A DNA stretch of 32,000 nucleotides from Pyrodictium delaneyi (GTDB taxonomy: Archaea > Thermoproteota > Thermoprotei_A > Sulfolobales > Pyrodictiaceae). Below, in pieces: positions 1 to 8,518 of the stretch (its first letter is position 1; every line of letters starts with the position of its first letter). The position numbers were made by a program, and so were the translations under genes. The DNA is taken from NCBI RefSeq assembly GCF_001412615.1, contig NZ_CP013011.1, positions 1,290,001 through 1,322,000 of the forward strand. Direction: 5' to 3'. Under the pieces are notes generated by a model. It searched no databases and was not told the origin of the DNA. It saw only the letters and a program-made list of their open reading frames with translations.

Positions 1-1081
1 GGAGTGGGCTAGCAGTGTGGCTCCACACTATGAGAAGACTCGCCTCAGGTAGGTCTATGCCCTCCTCGCCCGCGCTAGTGGAGACTACGATGCGTGTTTC
101 GGGCCTCCGGGCTATCTCTAGCGCCTTCTTAGGGTCGATCCGGTGACGGCCCAGGATGAGAGCCGGGTTATACTCGCTTAGTATCTCTGCGATATGTTCT
201 GCAATAACTACCCTATCTACGAAGATTATTGCCTTGTCGAAGCCCTCGTGGTCCCGGAGCACCCTCTCCAGGGCATCCAGCTTATGGGCGGGCCTCACGT
301 CCCCGCTATAGAGGAGCCTTCTTGCCTCTTCGGGGACTAGGCTCCTTAGCCTCTGGCTTCTTTCGAGGCTCTCCCGGAGCGCGAGCGCGCCGTCGCGGAC
401 AAACCACCTGATAGCGTTGCCGAGGAGGCTCCGGTTGCTTCCAGAGGCATTGTCCCAGGCGTCCTCGAGGATCATGTAGAGCTGCATCTCGGCATCGTTC
501 AAGGGTGACTCGTATACTTCGGCCTCCCAAGCCGGTATGTAGCGGGCGAGCCTAGGATCATCCCATCCCCAGCATCGTATCTTGCCTATAAGCTCCTCTA
601 TCTCCTCCTTCCTGCTAGGCGGTACGTAGGCGGTTAGGCCTAGTCTCCAGCGGAACTGGTACCCCGCCATCACCTTCTTGTAGGCATCCTGGCCCGTAGT
701 ATGGTGGCACTCGTCGACCACGACTGCGTCGAAGCCCTGGCTCCTGAACTCCTCCCACTCCGCTACCACTATCTCCGGCGTAGCTACTACTATCCGGCTT
801 CTCCAGCCCCTGCTCCTCTCTCCCCTGCTCAGACTCCCGTGAACCGGTGCAGCGTCGAGGCCCTGGCTCCGGAGGAACCTCGCGCTCTGCTCTACCAGGA
901 ACCTAGTAGGCTCGAGAACTAGCACGCGGCGGGCACGTCCGCTGCGGAGCAGCTCCTCTATCCAGAGCACAGCTACCAGAGTCTTCCCGGCACCGGTAGG
1001 CATGCATACGACGGCTGCTTCTTCGCGGAGCGCCCACTCAGCAGCCTCGCGCTGGTAGTCCCTCGGCCTTAGCCGCGCCAC
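1..1081 (-). CDS. SF2 DEAD/DEAH (DECH-box) helicase, Hef/RIG-I-like; N-terminal part only, C-terminus lies beyond the window edge
   Basis: The reverse-strand frame is uninterrupted from GTG at 1081..1079 to position 1, with an in-frame TAG immediately upstream. My translation gives VARLRPRDYQREAAEWAL..CMPTGAGKTLVAV (Walker A), AVVVDECHHTTG (motif II) and IVVSTSAGEEGIDLP (C-terminal RecA lobe). It is absent from the ORF track because the window truncates it. Confidence 0.75.
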   Translation of the reverse strand, partial: MARLRPRDYQREAAEWALREEAAVVCMPTGAGKTLVAVLWIEELLRSGRARRVLVLEPTRFLVEQSARFLRSQGLDAAPVHGSLSRGERSRGWRSRIVVATPEIVVAEWEEFRSQGFDAVVVDECHHTTGQDAYKKVMAGYQFRWRLGLTAYVPPSRKEEIEELIGKIRCWGWDDPRLARYIPAWEAEVYESPLNDAEMQLYMILEDAWDNASGSNRSLLGNAIRWFVRDGALALRESLERSQRLRSLVPEEARRLLYSGDVRPAHKLDALERVLRDHEGFDKAIIFVDRVVIAEHIAEILSEYNPALILGRHRIDPKKALEIARRPETRIVVSTSAGEEGIDLPEASLLIVWSHTASPL

Positions 1082-1168
1082 CTAGCCGCTCCCCTAGCCC
1101 TGGTTATGTCCTCGATGTGGGATGTCCTTCTGAGAAGTGTGAGGACAGTTGAGGGTAAAGAAGAGGGG

Positions 1169-2053
1169 TTAGCTGAGGTACTGTACAGCCTCCTTCATTA
1201 CCTCGGCGTAGAGGGTTACGGTGTCGCGGTACTTTGTCTCCGGTATACCGGTGTAGATGAGATGCATCCTTAGTGGTAACTCCTTCTCCCGGACCTCCTT
1301 CACCATGAACCTGGCGAGGGCTCGTGCCAGCGGTGCTAGGTCTGGGTAGCCCTTGCCGAGGGGCACGCGCTTCTTGAGTATCCTTCTGCCGAGCGCGAAG
1401 CCTACCACCTGGCTGAAGCGGAGCGAGAGGAAGCCGTGGCTCAACTCTAGGGTCTTGCGGAGTATGTTGGTCCAGAACGCCTCGTCCGCCATGAGGTTGG
1501 CTTGCTCGAAGTCGCCGTGCTCGCTAGCCCCAGTCTCGAGCATCCATGCGTTCTCTAGCTGTACGGAGACTATCAGCCGCTCCTCTCCAACCATCTCCCT
1601 TAGGGCCTTTATCTCGTCCCAGAGGCCGAGCATCCGCTGCGTATAGGGCACCTCGACGCTGATAACCATGCCCTCACCGGCCTCCTCGGCTAGCCTCTTC
1701 AGCACGTCGGCGGCTACCTCGAGGTCCCGGTGGTCCATGTAGGCGCGCCAGCCTAGGTGGAGGTTGAATACCTCGGCGCCTGCTAGCCGCGCCTTCCTGA
1801 CAGCGGCTACTAGGGCCTTGACCGTCCTCTCCTGCACGTACTTGTTGGTGGAGACCACGTTGTAGTAGGGGGCGTGCGCGGTAACTGTGGTGAACGCCTT
1901 TGAGGCGAACTCGCGGTACTGTTGGAAGTAGTCCTCGCCCCGGCTACGCCGGGCAAAGTCGTAGGGCGGGATCTCCGTGAGCTTAGTGCCGAGTGCCGCT
2001 GCTATGGGGAGCTTAGAGAAGGCGTTGTAGGTGCCCCAGTCAAAGAGTATCAT
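1169..2053 (-). CDS. Xylose-isomerase-like TIM-barrel protein, AP endonuclease family 2 / sugar-phosphate isomerase-like
   Basis: 294-aa ORF. Motifs TAHAPYYN, NLHLGW and VQLENAW resemble the first metal-binding motifs of endonuclease IV-type TIM barrels. The later EndoIV motifs were not recognisable by eye. Confidence 0.5.
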   Translation of the reverse strand: MILFDWGTYNAFSKLPIAAALGTKLTEIPPYDFARRSRGEDYFQQYREFASKAFTTVTAHAPYYNVVSTNKYVQERTVKALVAAVRKARLAGAEVFNLHLGWRAYMDHRDLEVAADVLKRLAEEAGEGMVISVEVPYTQRMLGLWDEIKALREMVGEERLIVSVQLENAWMLETGASEHGDFEQANLMADEAFWTNILRKTLELSHGFLSLRFSQVVGFALGRRILKKRVPLGKGYPDLAPLARALARFMVKEVREKELPLRMHLIYTGIPETKYRDTVTLYAEVMKEAVQYLS

Positions 2054-2162
2054 GTCCGTCTTTCACCAGTAGACATAGTGTATGGAGTGATAGCTAAATG
2101 CATAGCCCCCGGCGAGCAGCGCCGCAGGCAAGGCGAGGAGAAGAGGCAGAGGAGGTCGCTTC

Positions 2163-3038
2163 ATGACCCGGCAATGGGTGCTGCCACCCTGGCTAGCCCT
2201 GGGCCTGGCACTAATCGGCATATCCACGGCTGCGCCGTTGGCTAGGCTAGCCGGGGTAGACGGCGCTACTGCAGCGTGGTGGAGACTCCTAGTAGGTAGC
2301 GGCATCACCCTCGTGGCCGCGCTGCTCGCCGGCCAGCTGCCCCGCAGCCGCGTGCTCGTGACACGTAGCCTCCCCGGCGGTGTCTTTCTGGCGGCGCACT
2401 TGGCCCTCTGGCTCGAGAGCCTACGCTACATGAGCGTAGCATCCTCTACGGGCATAGTTGTGTCGTACCCCGTTATCGCGGCGGCCTACGAGGCGCTGGT
2501 CGAGGCTAGCCTCCCGCCCCGCCGCCTCCTAGGCGTAGTCCTCGGCTTTGCCGGTGTCGCTGTGCTCTCCACGCCCTGGGCGGGCGCCACGCTGCCCGGC
2601 GCACTGCTGGCCCTTGCCGGCGCCTTCACGGCAGCCGCTTACTTCCTCACGGGCCGCCGGCTACGCGTATCGGGCGCTACAACGCTAGAGTACACAGCGA
2701 CAGTCTACACGGCCGCGTTCCTAGTAATGACTCTCTACTGCCTCGCAGCCGGTATAGAGGCCTGGAGCCCGCCGGGACGGAGCCTATCCTACCTGGTAGC
2801 GCTGGGCCTCGCCCCCATGATCATGGGCCATACTATGCTGAACTACGCGCTAGCCTACTACCCGGCAGGTGTAGTGACCGGGGTAGCGCTGCTCGAGCCC
2901 TACGGCGCGAGCCTTCTTGCCTGGCTAGTCCTCGGCGAGGAGCCGCCGCCGGCTAGTATACCGGGGCTCGTGCTCTCGGTCACCGGGGCCTGGCTCGCAA
3001 TCAGCCCCGGAGGAGCTTCTCGTAGACGACGGCCCTAG
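2163..3038 (+). CDS. EamA/DMT-family integral membrane transporter
   Basis: 291 aa with about 10 hydrophobic helices in two halves and Ala/Leu/Gly-rich composition typical of the drug/metabolite transporter superfamily. ATG start. Confidence 0.7.
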   Translation: MTRQWVLPPWLALGLALIGISTAAPLARLAGVDGATAAWWRLLVGSGITLVAALLAGQLPRSRVLVTRSLPGGVFLAAHLALWLESLRYMSVASSTGIVVSYPVIAAAYEALVEASLPPRRLLGVVLGFAGVAVLSTPWAGATLPGALLALAGAFTAAAYFLTGRRLRVSGATTLEYTATVYTAAFLVMTLYCLAAGIEAWSPPGRSLSYLVALGLAPMIMGHTMLNYALAYYPAGVVTGVALLEPYGASLLAWLVLGEEPPPASIPGLVLSVTGAWLAISPGGASRRRRP

Positions 3039-3618
3039 CGAGGTCCTCGAGCGCCTCTAACCGGTCCACGGCCTCATAGACGGCCTCCACGGGGTCCTTG
3101 GAGACGCCGATGGCTACTGCGCCGTGGCCCTCTAGTACGGCAACGTCGCAGTCCCGGAGTGCTTCAGCTGCTAGCCTCGCGAGCTCCTCCGTACCCGGCT
3201 CGACTTCTGGTACAGCAGCGACGCAGTTGCCTAGGTAGTAGCGTGCCTCGACACCTAGTGCTTCGGGCCTAAGCTCTAGCCCGAGACGGCGGGCTAGGAC
3301 GGCGTAGGGGTTGTGGGCGTGAACTATGGCTCGGACATCGCTCCGTGTTCTGTAGACTGCGAGGTGGAGCCGATACTCGCTGCTTGGCTTGCCTTCGTAC
3401 ACGTAGCCCTCGGGACTCATTACTGCTATGTCTTCAGGCTTCATCCGGGTCTTTATGGCGCCGCTTGGGGTTATGTAGATGAACCTTGTACCGTCGGGTA
3501 ACTCTAGCACAGCGCTAGCGTTGCCGCCGCGGAGGTTAAGCAAACCACGGTCATGAAGAATCCTCATGGCGTCAACTAGGGTTTGCCTGATCTCGTAGCC
3601 CGGTTGCCTCAGCGCCAA
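3001..3618 (-). CDS. Class II aldolase/adducin-family protein (L-fuculose-phosphate aldolase-like)
   Basis: 205 aa. Motifs LRGGNASA near the N-terminus, IVHAHNPY and EGHGAVAIG match the class II aldolase fold. Apparent TTG start at 3618. The 3' end overlaps the convergent EamA gene by 38 nt. Confidence 0.8.
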   Translation of the reverse strand: MALRQPGYEIRQTLVDAMRILHDRGLLNLRGGNASAVLELPDGTRFIYITPSGAIKTRMKPEDIAVMSPEGYVYEGKPSSEYRLHLAVYRTRSDVRAIVHAHNPYAVLARRLGLELRPEALGVEARYYLGNCVAAVPEVEPGTEELARLAAEALRDCDVAVLEGHGAVAIGVSKDPVEAVYEAVDRLEALEDLARAVVYEKLLRG

Positions 3619-3876
3619 ACACCCCGCTGCATGAGGGAAGGGGCTCCAGGGCCGGGCTACTGGGCTGAGGTATCTATGTTGCGTGGCTCTCCCGGTGCTC
3701 CCTGTACACTTGGAACCTCTTTGGTTCTAATTGTTATGGAGAGCAGCTGGGTACGGTAGTGGGCGCCCTCTCCGCGCCGTATTACTCACATTATTAATTG
3801 TGTGAATACTACCGGTGGGTCCACTACACAGACGCCTTAGTACCACTCACGCAGCGTTAACGCGGCTGCGTTAAAC

Positions 3877-4314
3877 GTGTTACTGCTCCCACAGGAGGCC
3901 TACTTGGGCTATTCCTTGAAGCATACCCCTCTAGCAGTACTTCCGACTAACCGGGTGTCTCCTGCCGTGCCGATAGTCTACCGCTGCCGTACATGCGGCT
4001 TCATACTCCACGTCTTCGTCAAAGTCGGGCAGAATAGCTACGGCATACCCACTCCGAGCGAACTCTCGAGCCAGTTCGGGGGAATCTGTCCTCGGTGCGG
4101 CAGTATGCTCAATACGCCTACGCTCAATGACATCGTGATAAAGCCGAATGGACCACAGGAGCTGATAGCAGTGCTAGAGGAGGCGAAGCGCAGCATGAGG
4201 ATAAGTTTTCGGAGCCTCGAGCGCTACCTTGCAGAGCTACGCCATACAATCCGCGTACACACGAACGTCGAAGCCCCATCGTCCACCAGCGGGTCGGTGG
4301 CGATAGAAGCCTAG
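3877..4314 (+). CDS. Hypothetical zinc-ribbon protein (CxxC..CxxC)
   Basis: The ORF contains CRTCG...CPRCG, a 4-Cys ribbon, followed by a helical C-terminus. The start is ambiguous between GTG 3877, TTG 3904 (preceded by AGGAGG with a 6-nt spacer) and GTG 3955. No family was recognised. Confidence 0.45.
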   Translation: MLLLPQEAYLGYSLKHTPLAVLPTNRVSPAVPIVYRCRTCGFILHVFVKVGQNSYGIPTPSELSSQFGGICPRCGSMLNTPTLNDIVIKPNGPQELIAVLEEAKRSMRISFRSLERYLAELRHTIRVHTNVEAPSSTSGSVAIEA

Positions 4315-4400
4315 AAGCGGGGCTCTGACGGGATCGAGGCTCCACATAGCCCCCAGCACTTAGGGGCTCTCGGGGCAGGCTACACTCGTCACAGCCCCGG

Positions 4401-4425
4401 AAGAGGTGTTGAACAGCCACCTCTT
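4401..4425. terminator. Hairpin (8-bp stem AAGAGGTG/CACCTCTT, 9-nt loop) followed by a T-rich tract, between convergent genes
   Basis: Read directly from the sequence: aagaggtg-ttgaacagc-cacctctt then ttacactctt. It lies between the 3' ends of 3877..4314 (+) and 4481..4990 (-). Confidence 0.3.
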
Positions 4426-4480
4426 TTACACTCTTAAATTTGTGTGGGTCCTGCCAGAGTTCCTTGCTAGTTGTTTCGGT

Positions 4481-4990
4481 TTATTGTGCTCCAGCAGCTT
4501 TTGGTTCAGCGGCGTACAGTAGTGCTAATTTCTGTAATGTCCGGCGTACTAGCTTGCCAGCAGCAGCCCTTGATACTCCTAGCCGGGAGGCTATTCCCGT
4601 TATCGTCGCAGAGTCGCCTAGCATTCTGAGTACTGCTCTCTGCCGAGGTGTGAGTAGGAGCGAACGTGCATCAATAATCTCGACGCTTACGAGCCGGCTC
4701 CTGTTCCTAGATATTGTTCTGCGGGTAGCGTTGGTATAGACTGCTACGAAGCGTATAAGCCCCTCGGGTAGGAGCACAGGCTGACCCACGATGTAGCTTC
4801 CTTGTAACAGTTGGGCGAGTATACAGTCCCGGCAGCTGACGCGCAGTTTCTCAATACGGCCATGTTGGTCCTCGATAATATGTTCTATCATTCTGCGAGC
4901 AGCACCACAGGAGCCGAAGGCCAGATAACTGCGGGGCTTCAGCTCCCGCAGGAGCTGGCACTGCTTCATAGTGATTACAGCGAGCTTCAA
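4481..4990 (-). CDS. Putative transcriptional regulator: C-terminal LuxR/HTH_10-like helix-turn-helix, Cys-containing N-terminal domain
   Basis: The C-terminus LTPRQRAVLRMLGDSATITGIASRLGVSRAAAGKLVRRTLQKL is a classic HTH signature. The N-terminal half carries four Cys (MKQC, FGSC, SCRDC). Start is TTG 4990 or, more likely, ATG 4969. Divergent from the qNOR gene. Confidence 0.55.
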   Translation of the reverse strand: MKLAVITMKQCQLLRELKPRSYLAFGSCGAARRMIEHIIEDQHGRIEKLRVSCRDCILAQLLQGSYIVGQPVLLPEGLIRFVAVYTNATRRTISRNRSRLVSVEIIDARSLLLTPRQRAVLRMLGDSATITGIASRLGVSRAAAGKLVRRTLQKLALLYAAEPKAAGAQ

Positions 4991-5213
4991 GGCCCTGTTC
5001 TCCCGAGAATTGCTAACACGTGTTCAAGGAGGGGCTTATACCCACCCCCGGTTACCCTTGCCAGAGGTCTCAACGTATCCGAATCGGTTACGCAAAACAT
5101 GGAGATGGACAGTGATAAATCTTGTGGTTTCGCGCTGTAGCCTCTACACTAGTAACGCGGCATGTCAATACCCCTTCTTACACGCGTGAACAAGGAGAGG
5201 GGGCTGGATTATA

Positions 5214-7346
5214 GTGAAGAACGGGTTTACAAAGCTAGTACTCGTAGCAGCGATACTAGTCTACATAGTGTATGGTGTAATGGCGTTCTACACGTTCCAG
5301 AACCTCCCACCGATACCCGATAAGGTGGTGACAGAGACTGGCGAACTCCTCTTTACCGGTCAAGACGTGGTAGACGGTAAGGTGCTAGTACAACGTTATG
5401 GACTTCAGGATTACGGTAGCTTCCTAGGCTTTGGCGGCTACTTCGGCATGGACTATACAGCATATACGCTCCATATACTAGCCGAGACCGCTAAGGAGGC
5501 TGGCATAGAGGATCTTAAGGCAGCACTAGAGCCCAGGTTCGAGCAACAGGGCGGCGAGACAATAGCAGTAGTTAGCGACGTCTTCGCAGAAGGCTATCGC
5601 CGCGCCCTAGACTTCTACACACGATTCTTCCGCGGAGAAATAACACAGGAGACAAGGCTAGCACCGCTAGACCTTACACCAGACGAGGCCAAGAAGATAA
5701 CAGCGTTCTTCACCTGGGGCGCAATGATAGCCATCAAGGGCTATACCAATGGGTTCCCCTACTACCCTGGCCTAGTAGAGCCAACCATATCCAGCGTGAA
5801 GGCGACCTGGGTAACGATATTCCTCCTACTTCTAGTAGTAATGCCCCTAGTAGGCTACGTACTGCTAAAGTTCATCGACTACTGGCGCGACCGGCGCGTG
5901 ACGGTCGAGCTGCCGCCGCCGAGCCGCGCCCAGAGACTAGCACTAGTAGGCATGGCCCTAGCAGCGCTTGGCCTCGCAGTACAAGGGCTACTAGGCGGCT
6001 ACATGATGCACCTCTACGCTGAGCAGACACTCTACGGGGTAGACCTCACCGGAATACTACCCTTCAACGTTGCCCGTGCCCTCCACTACAACCTAGCAAT
6101 ACTATGGATAGTAGTGACATGGGTATCCTTCGCCATATTTATACTGCCCTACTTCGGCGCCAAGATAACCGAGAAACACGCCCTAGCCATACTAGGAGCA
6201 GGCGCTGTAACAGCACTAGGCATACTCTTCGGAATATGGCTGACATACCTGGGCAAGATGCCCGACAGCATCTGGTTCATACTGGGTAGCCAGGGCCGCC
6301 CCGTCATCTCCCAGGGTACGCTATGGCTCCTACTAGTAGCCGGGCTCCTGACATACCTGGCGCTGGTAGTCTACCGGACAGCGAAGACCACGCCGCTAGA
6401 GCCGGCACGGCCCCTGCTAAAGATACTAGCAATAGGCCTCGCTGGCGCAGCGGCGGGCGCATTCGTAGGCGCGCTGCCCATAGTGCGGCCCTGGAGCCAC
6501 TTCACCGTCGACGAGTACTTCCGCTGGATAACAATCCACAGCTTTGTCGAGGGCTTCTGGCCAGCGATACTGGTGCCGATACTGGTAGCTCTGCTAATTG
6601 TAACAGGCCTGGTGCCGCCCAAGCTAGGCATAGCAGTAGCTGGTATGGACGCGGCCCTCGAGATAGCAACCGGCATGATAGGCACGGCCCACCACTACTA
6701 CTGGGGCGGCGAGCCAACCTTCTGGATGTACGTCGGTGCTGCTATGAGCACACTAGAGGTGCTCCCCATAGGCTTCCTGATAGCCTACGCTATAGTCCTA
6801 TGGCGCCGTGGTGAGATGAAGACCGAGCTGCAGAAGACCCTGGTAACCTTCATACTCGTGGCAGCGCTAGGCGGCGCGATAGGCGTCATAGCTTTCGGCG
6901 CCGGCCTCATCAATATGCCAGTAGTCAACTACTACCTCCACGGCAGTCAAGGCACGATGGTGCACGCACACCTAGCTATGCCGCTGGCCTATGGTATTCC
7001 AAGCATATTGATGTGGGTTGTAGCATTCTACCTTGCCGGCGGCTTTAGCGACACGACACTCCGCAAGCTACGCAAGGCAGCGATAGTGATGGCTATAGGC
7101 TTCTACCTCCAGATACTCGTCTCGCTAGGCCCACTAATGCTGAAGCAGTTCGACGCTGGGAGCAGCCAAGGCTACTGGTTCATAAAGAGTCTAGTGACGC
7201 CTGACGGCTCGCCAGGATTCTGGATGGATGGCACGGTGAAGGCGTTAGTATGGGCTAGGCTGCTAGGCGACCTCGTTGTGGCGGCAGCTCTGCTAGTCTT
7301 CCTGGTAGAGATCGCTAAGGCTCTCCCGAGAGCGCTGAAGAGTTGA
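5214..7346 (+). CDS. Quinol-dependent nitric oxide reductase, single-subunit qNOR (NorZ/qNorB-type heme-copper oxidase family)
   Basis: 710 aa. An N-terminal single TM helix plus a roughly 200-aa soluble extension is followed by a 12+ TM core. His ligand motifs: ARALHYN, ITIHSFVEG, GTAHHYYWGG, MVHAHLAM. GTG start preceded by GGAGAGGGGG. Confidence 0.85.
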   Translation: MKNGFTKLVLVAAILVYIVYGVMAFYTFQNLPPIPDKVVTETGELLFTGQDVVDGKVLVQRYGLQDYGSFLGFGGYFGMDYTAYTLHILAETAKEAGIEDLKAALEPRFEQQGGETIAVVSDVFAEGYRRALDFYTRFFRGEITQETRLAPLDLTPDEAKKITAFFTWGAMIAIKGYTNGFPYYPGLVEPTISSVKATWVTIFLLLLVVMPLVGYVLLKFIDYWRDRRVTVELPPPSRAQRLALVGMALAALGLAVQGLLGGYMMHLYAEQTLYGVDLTGILPFNVARALHYNLAILWIVVTWVSFAIFILPYFGAKITEKHALAILGAGAVTALGILFGIWLTYLGKMPDSIWFILGSQGRPVISQGTLWLLLVAGLLTYLALVVYRTAKTTPLEPARPLLKILAIGLAGAAAGAFVGALPIVRPWSHFTVDEYFRWITIHSFVEGFWPAILVPILVALLIVTGLVPPKLGIAVAGMDAALEIATGMIGTAHHYYWGGEPTFWMYVGAAMSTLEVLPIGFLIAYAIVLWRRGEMKTELQKTLVTFILVAALGGAIGVIAFGAGLINMPVVNYYLHGSQGTMVHAHLAMPLAYGIPSILMWVVAFYLAGGFSDTTLRKLRKAAIVMAIGFYLQILVSLGPLMLKQFDAGSSQGYWFIKSLVTPDGSPGFWMDGTVKALVWARLLGDLVVAAALLVFLVEIAKALPRALKS

Positions 7347-7404
7347 CGAGCACCTCTACTGAGGCCGGGGTACACGCTCTAGGAGACGTAGCCCCAAGGG
7401 ACGA

Positions 7405-7415
7405 ATCCTTTTTGC
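7405..7415 (+). terminator. T5 tract downstream of qNOR (archaeal oligo-T terminator candidate)
   Basis: The sequence gaatcctttttgcaatc lies 60 nt after the qNOR stop, between convergent genes. Confidence 0.3.
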
Positions 7416-7437
7416 AATCACTACAGTACCCTGGGGG

Positions 7438-8469
7438 CTAACTCACGCTCCATCCTAGGAAGTTGTCCCAGCCCCGGGGTTCCAGAGTTCTCCCCCGATG
7501 AAGCAGCCGGGGCCCCGGCCCGTCCAGAACTCTGCCCATACGGGCTATGCGTAGCCCGACCTTCTCCGCCTCCTCCTCTACTATGCTGGCGCAGCTTGGC
7601 TTCACGGTGAAGACGATCTCGAACTCCTGGCCCCCATAGAGCGCCAGCTCTAGCGGGTCTAGGCCCTTCTCCGAGGCGTAGTCTATCGCCTCCCTCTCAA
7701 CCGGGGTGTCTTCGACCTCTACTGCTGCCCCGGCGGCCCGGGAGAGTAGCCAGAGGCTATATGCGAGCCCGTCGCTAGTATCTACGGAGCTTGTTAGGCA
7801 GCCTCGGGGCAGCCTCTCAGCAAGCTCGGCGAAGCCCAGCCGGGCAATAGGCCTAGACATATCCATGAATGCCCTCGGGTAGGATTCCATGTCCTCCCTC
7901 CACGTGCCGGCGGCGAGCGAGTGGAAGACGAGCCCGCCGAGCCCGAGCCGTCCAGCAGTAGTATAGACTAGGTCGCCCCTCCTGGGCTGGCGCGGCACCG
8001 GCGCAGCTCGGGCGACGCCTACAGCGGCTACGTTGACCCAGCCGCAGCCTTGTCCATGGCAGCTGTTAAGGTCGCCACCCGCTAGCCAGCCGCCGTGGAC
8101 TCTCGCTGCTTCGGCAGCACCACTTACTAGCTCTTCAAGCTCCTCTAGTAGCGTCTCAGGGGCTAGGCCGAGTGAGATTAGGAACACGAGCGGCCGGGCA
8201 GCTTTCGCTGCAAGGTCGCTGGCAGCTGCTGCGACTTGGAGCCAGCCTAGATCCCTTAGACTCATCCACGGCGCCATGTTGGAGGCTATACTACCCCCGT
8301 CAATCTTGACGAGTAGGCGGGGGCTACCCGGTCCAGCGCAGGAGGCGTCATCACCTGGGGCTAGGCTCGGGCAGCGCCACTGGCCCCAGAGCAGCTCGGC
8401 TAGAAGCTCGGCTGTACGATGCTCCCCAATGTCGGCGAGCCTTATGCTGCTGCGCCTCTGCAAAACCAC
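7438..8469 (-). CDS. thiL: Thiamine-monophosphate kinase (PurM/AIR-synthase-related fold)
   Basis: 343 aa. The N-terminal LADIGEHRTAELLAELL, PGDDASCAG, LVKIDGG and ASDLAAKAARP match ThiL signature segments (GE..lI, GDDaA, tD..v, SDlaAmGa.P). GTG start. Confidence 0.7.
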   Translation of the reverse strand: MVLQRRSSIRLADIGEHRTAELLAELLWGQWRCPSLAPGDDASCAGPGSPRLLVKIDGGSIASNMAPWMSLRDLGWLQVAAAASDLAAKAARPLVFLISLGLAPETLLEELEELVSGAAEAARVHGGWLAGGDLNSCHGQGCGWVNVAAVGVARAAPVPRQPRRGDLVYTTAGRLGLGGLVFHSLAAGTWREDMESYPRAFMDMSRPIARLGFAELAERLPRGCLTSSVDTSDGLAYSLWLLSRAAGAAVEVEDTPVEREAIDYASEKGLDPLELALYGGQEFEIVFTVKPSCASIVEEEAEKVGLRIARMGRVLDGPGPRLLHRGRTLEPRGWDNFLGWSVS

Positions 8470-8518
8470 CCCTCGAGGATCAGCAGGGCGAGGACTAAGA
8501 AGCTAGGAAAACTGCACG

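Noticed and set aside
229-922. Track ORFs 229..411 (+), 306..530 (-) and 701..922 (+) at the left edge
   Set aside because: They lie inside or antisense to the long uninterrupted minus-strand helicase frame (1..1081). Their translations are Arg/Pro/Ser-rich GC-shadow sequences.
6323-6814. Alternative-frame and antisense ORFs inside qNOR (6104..6289, 6323..6814, 6371..6685, 6502..6717)
   Set aside because: They give low-complexity R/P/S/A-rich translations typical of off-frame reading in GC-rich DNA. The qNOR frame carries all recognisable motifs.
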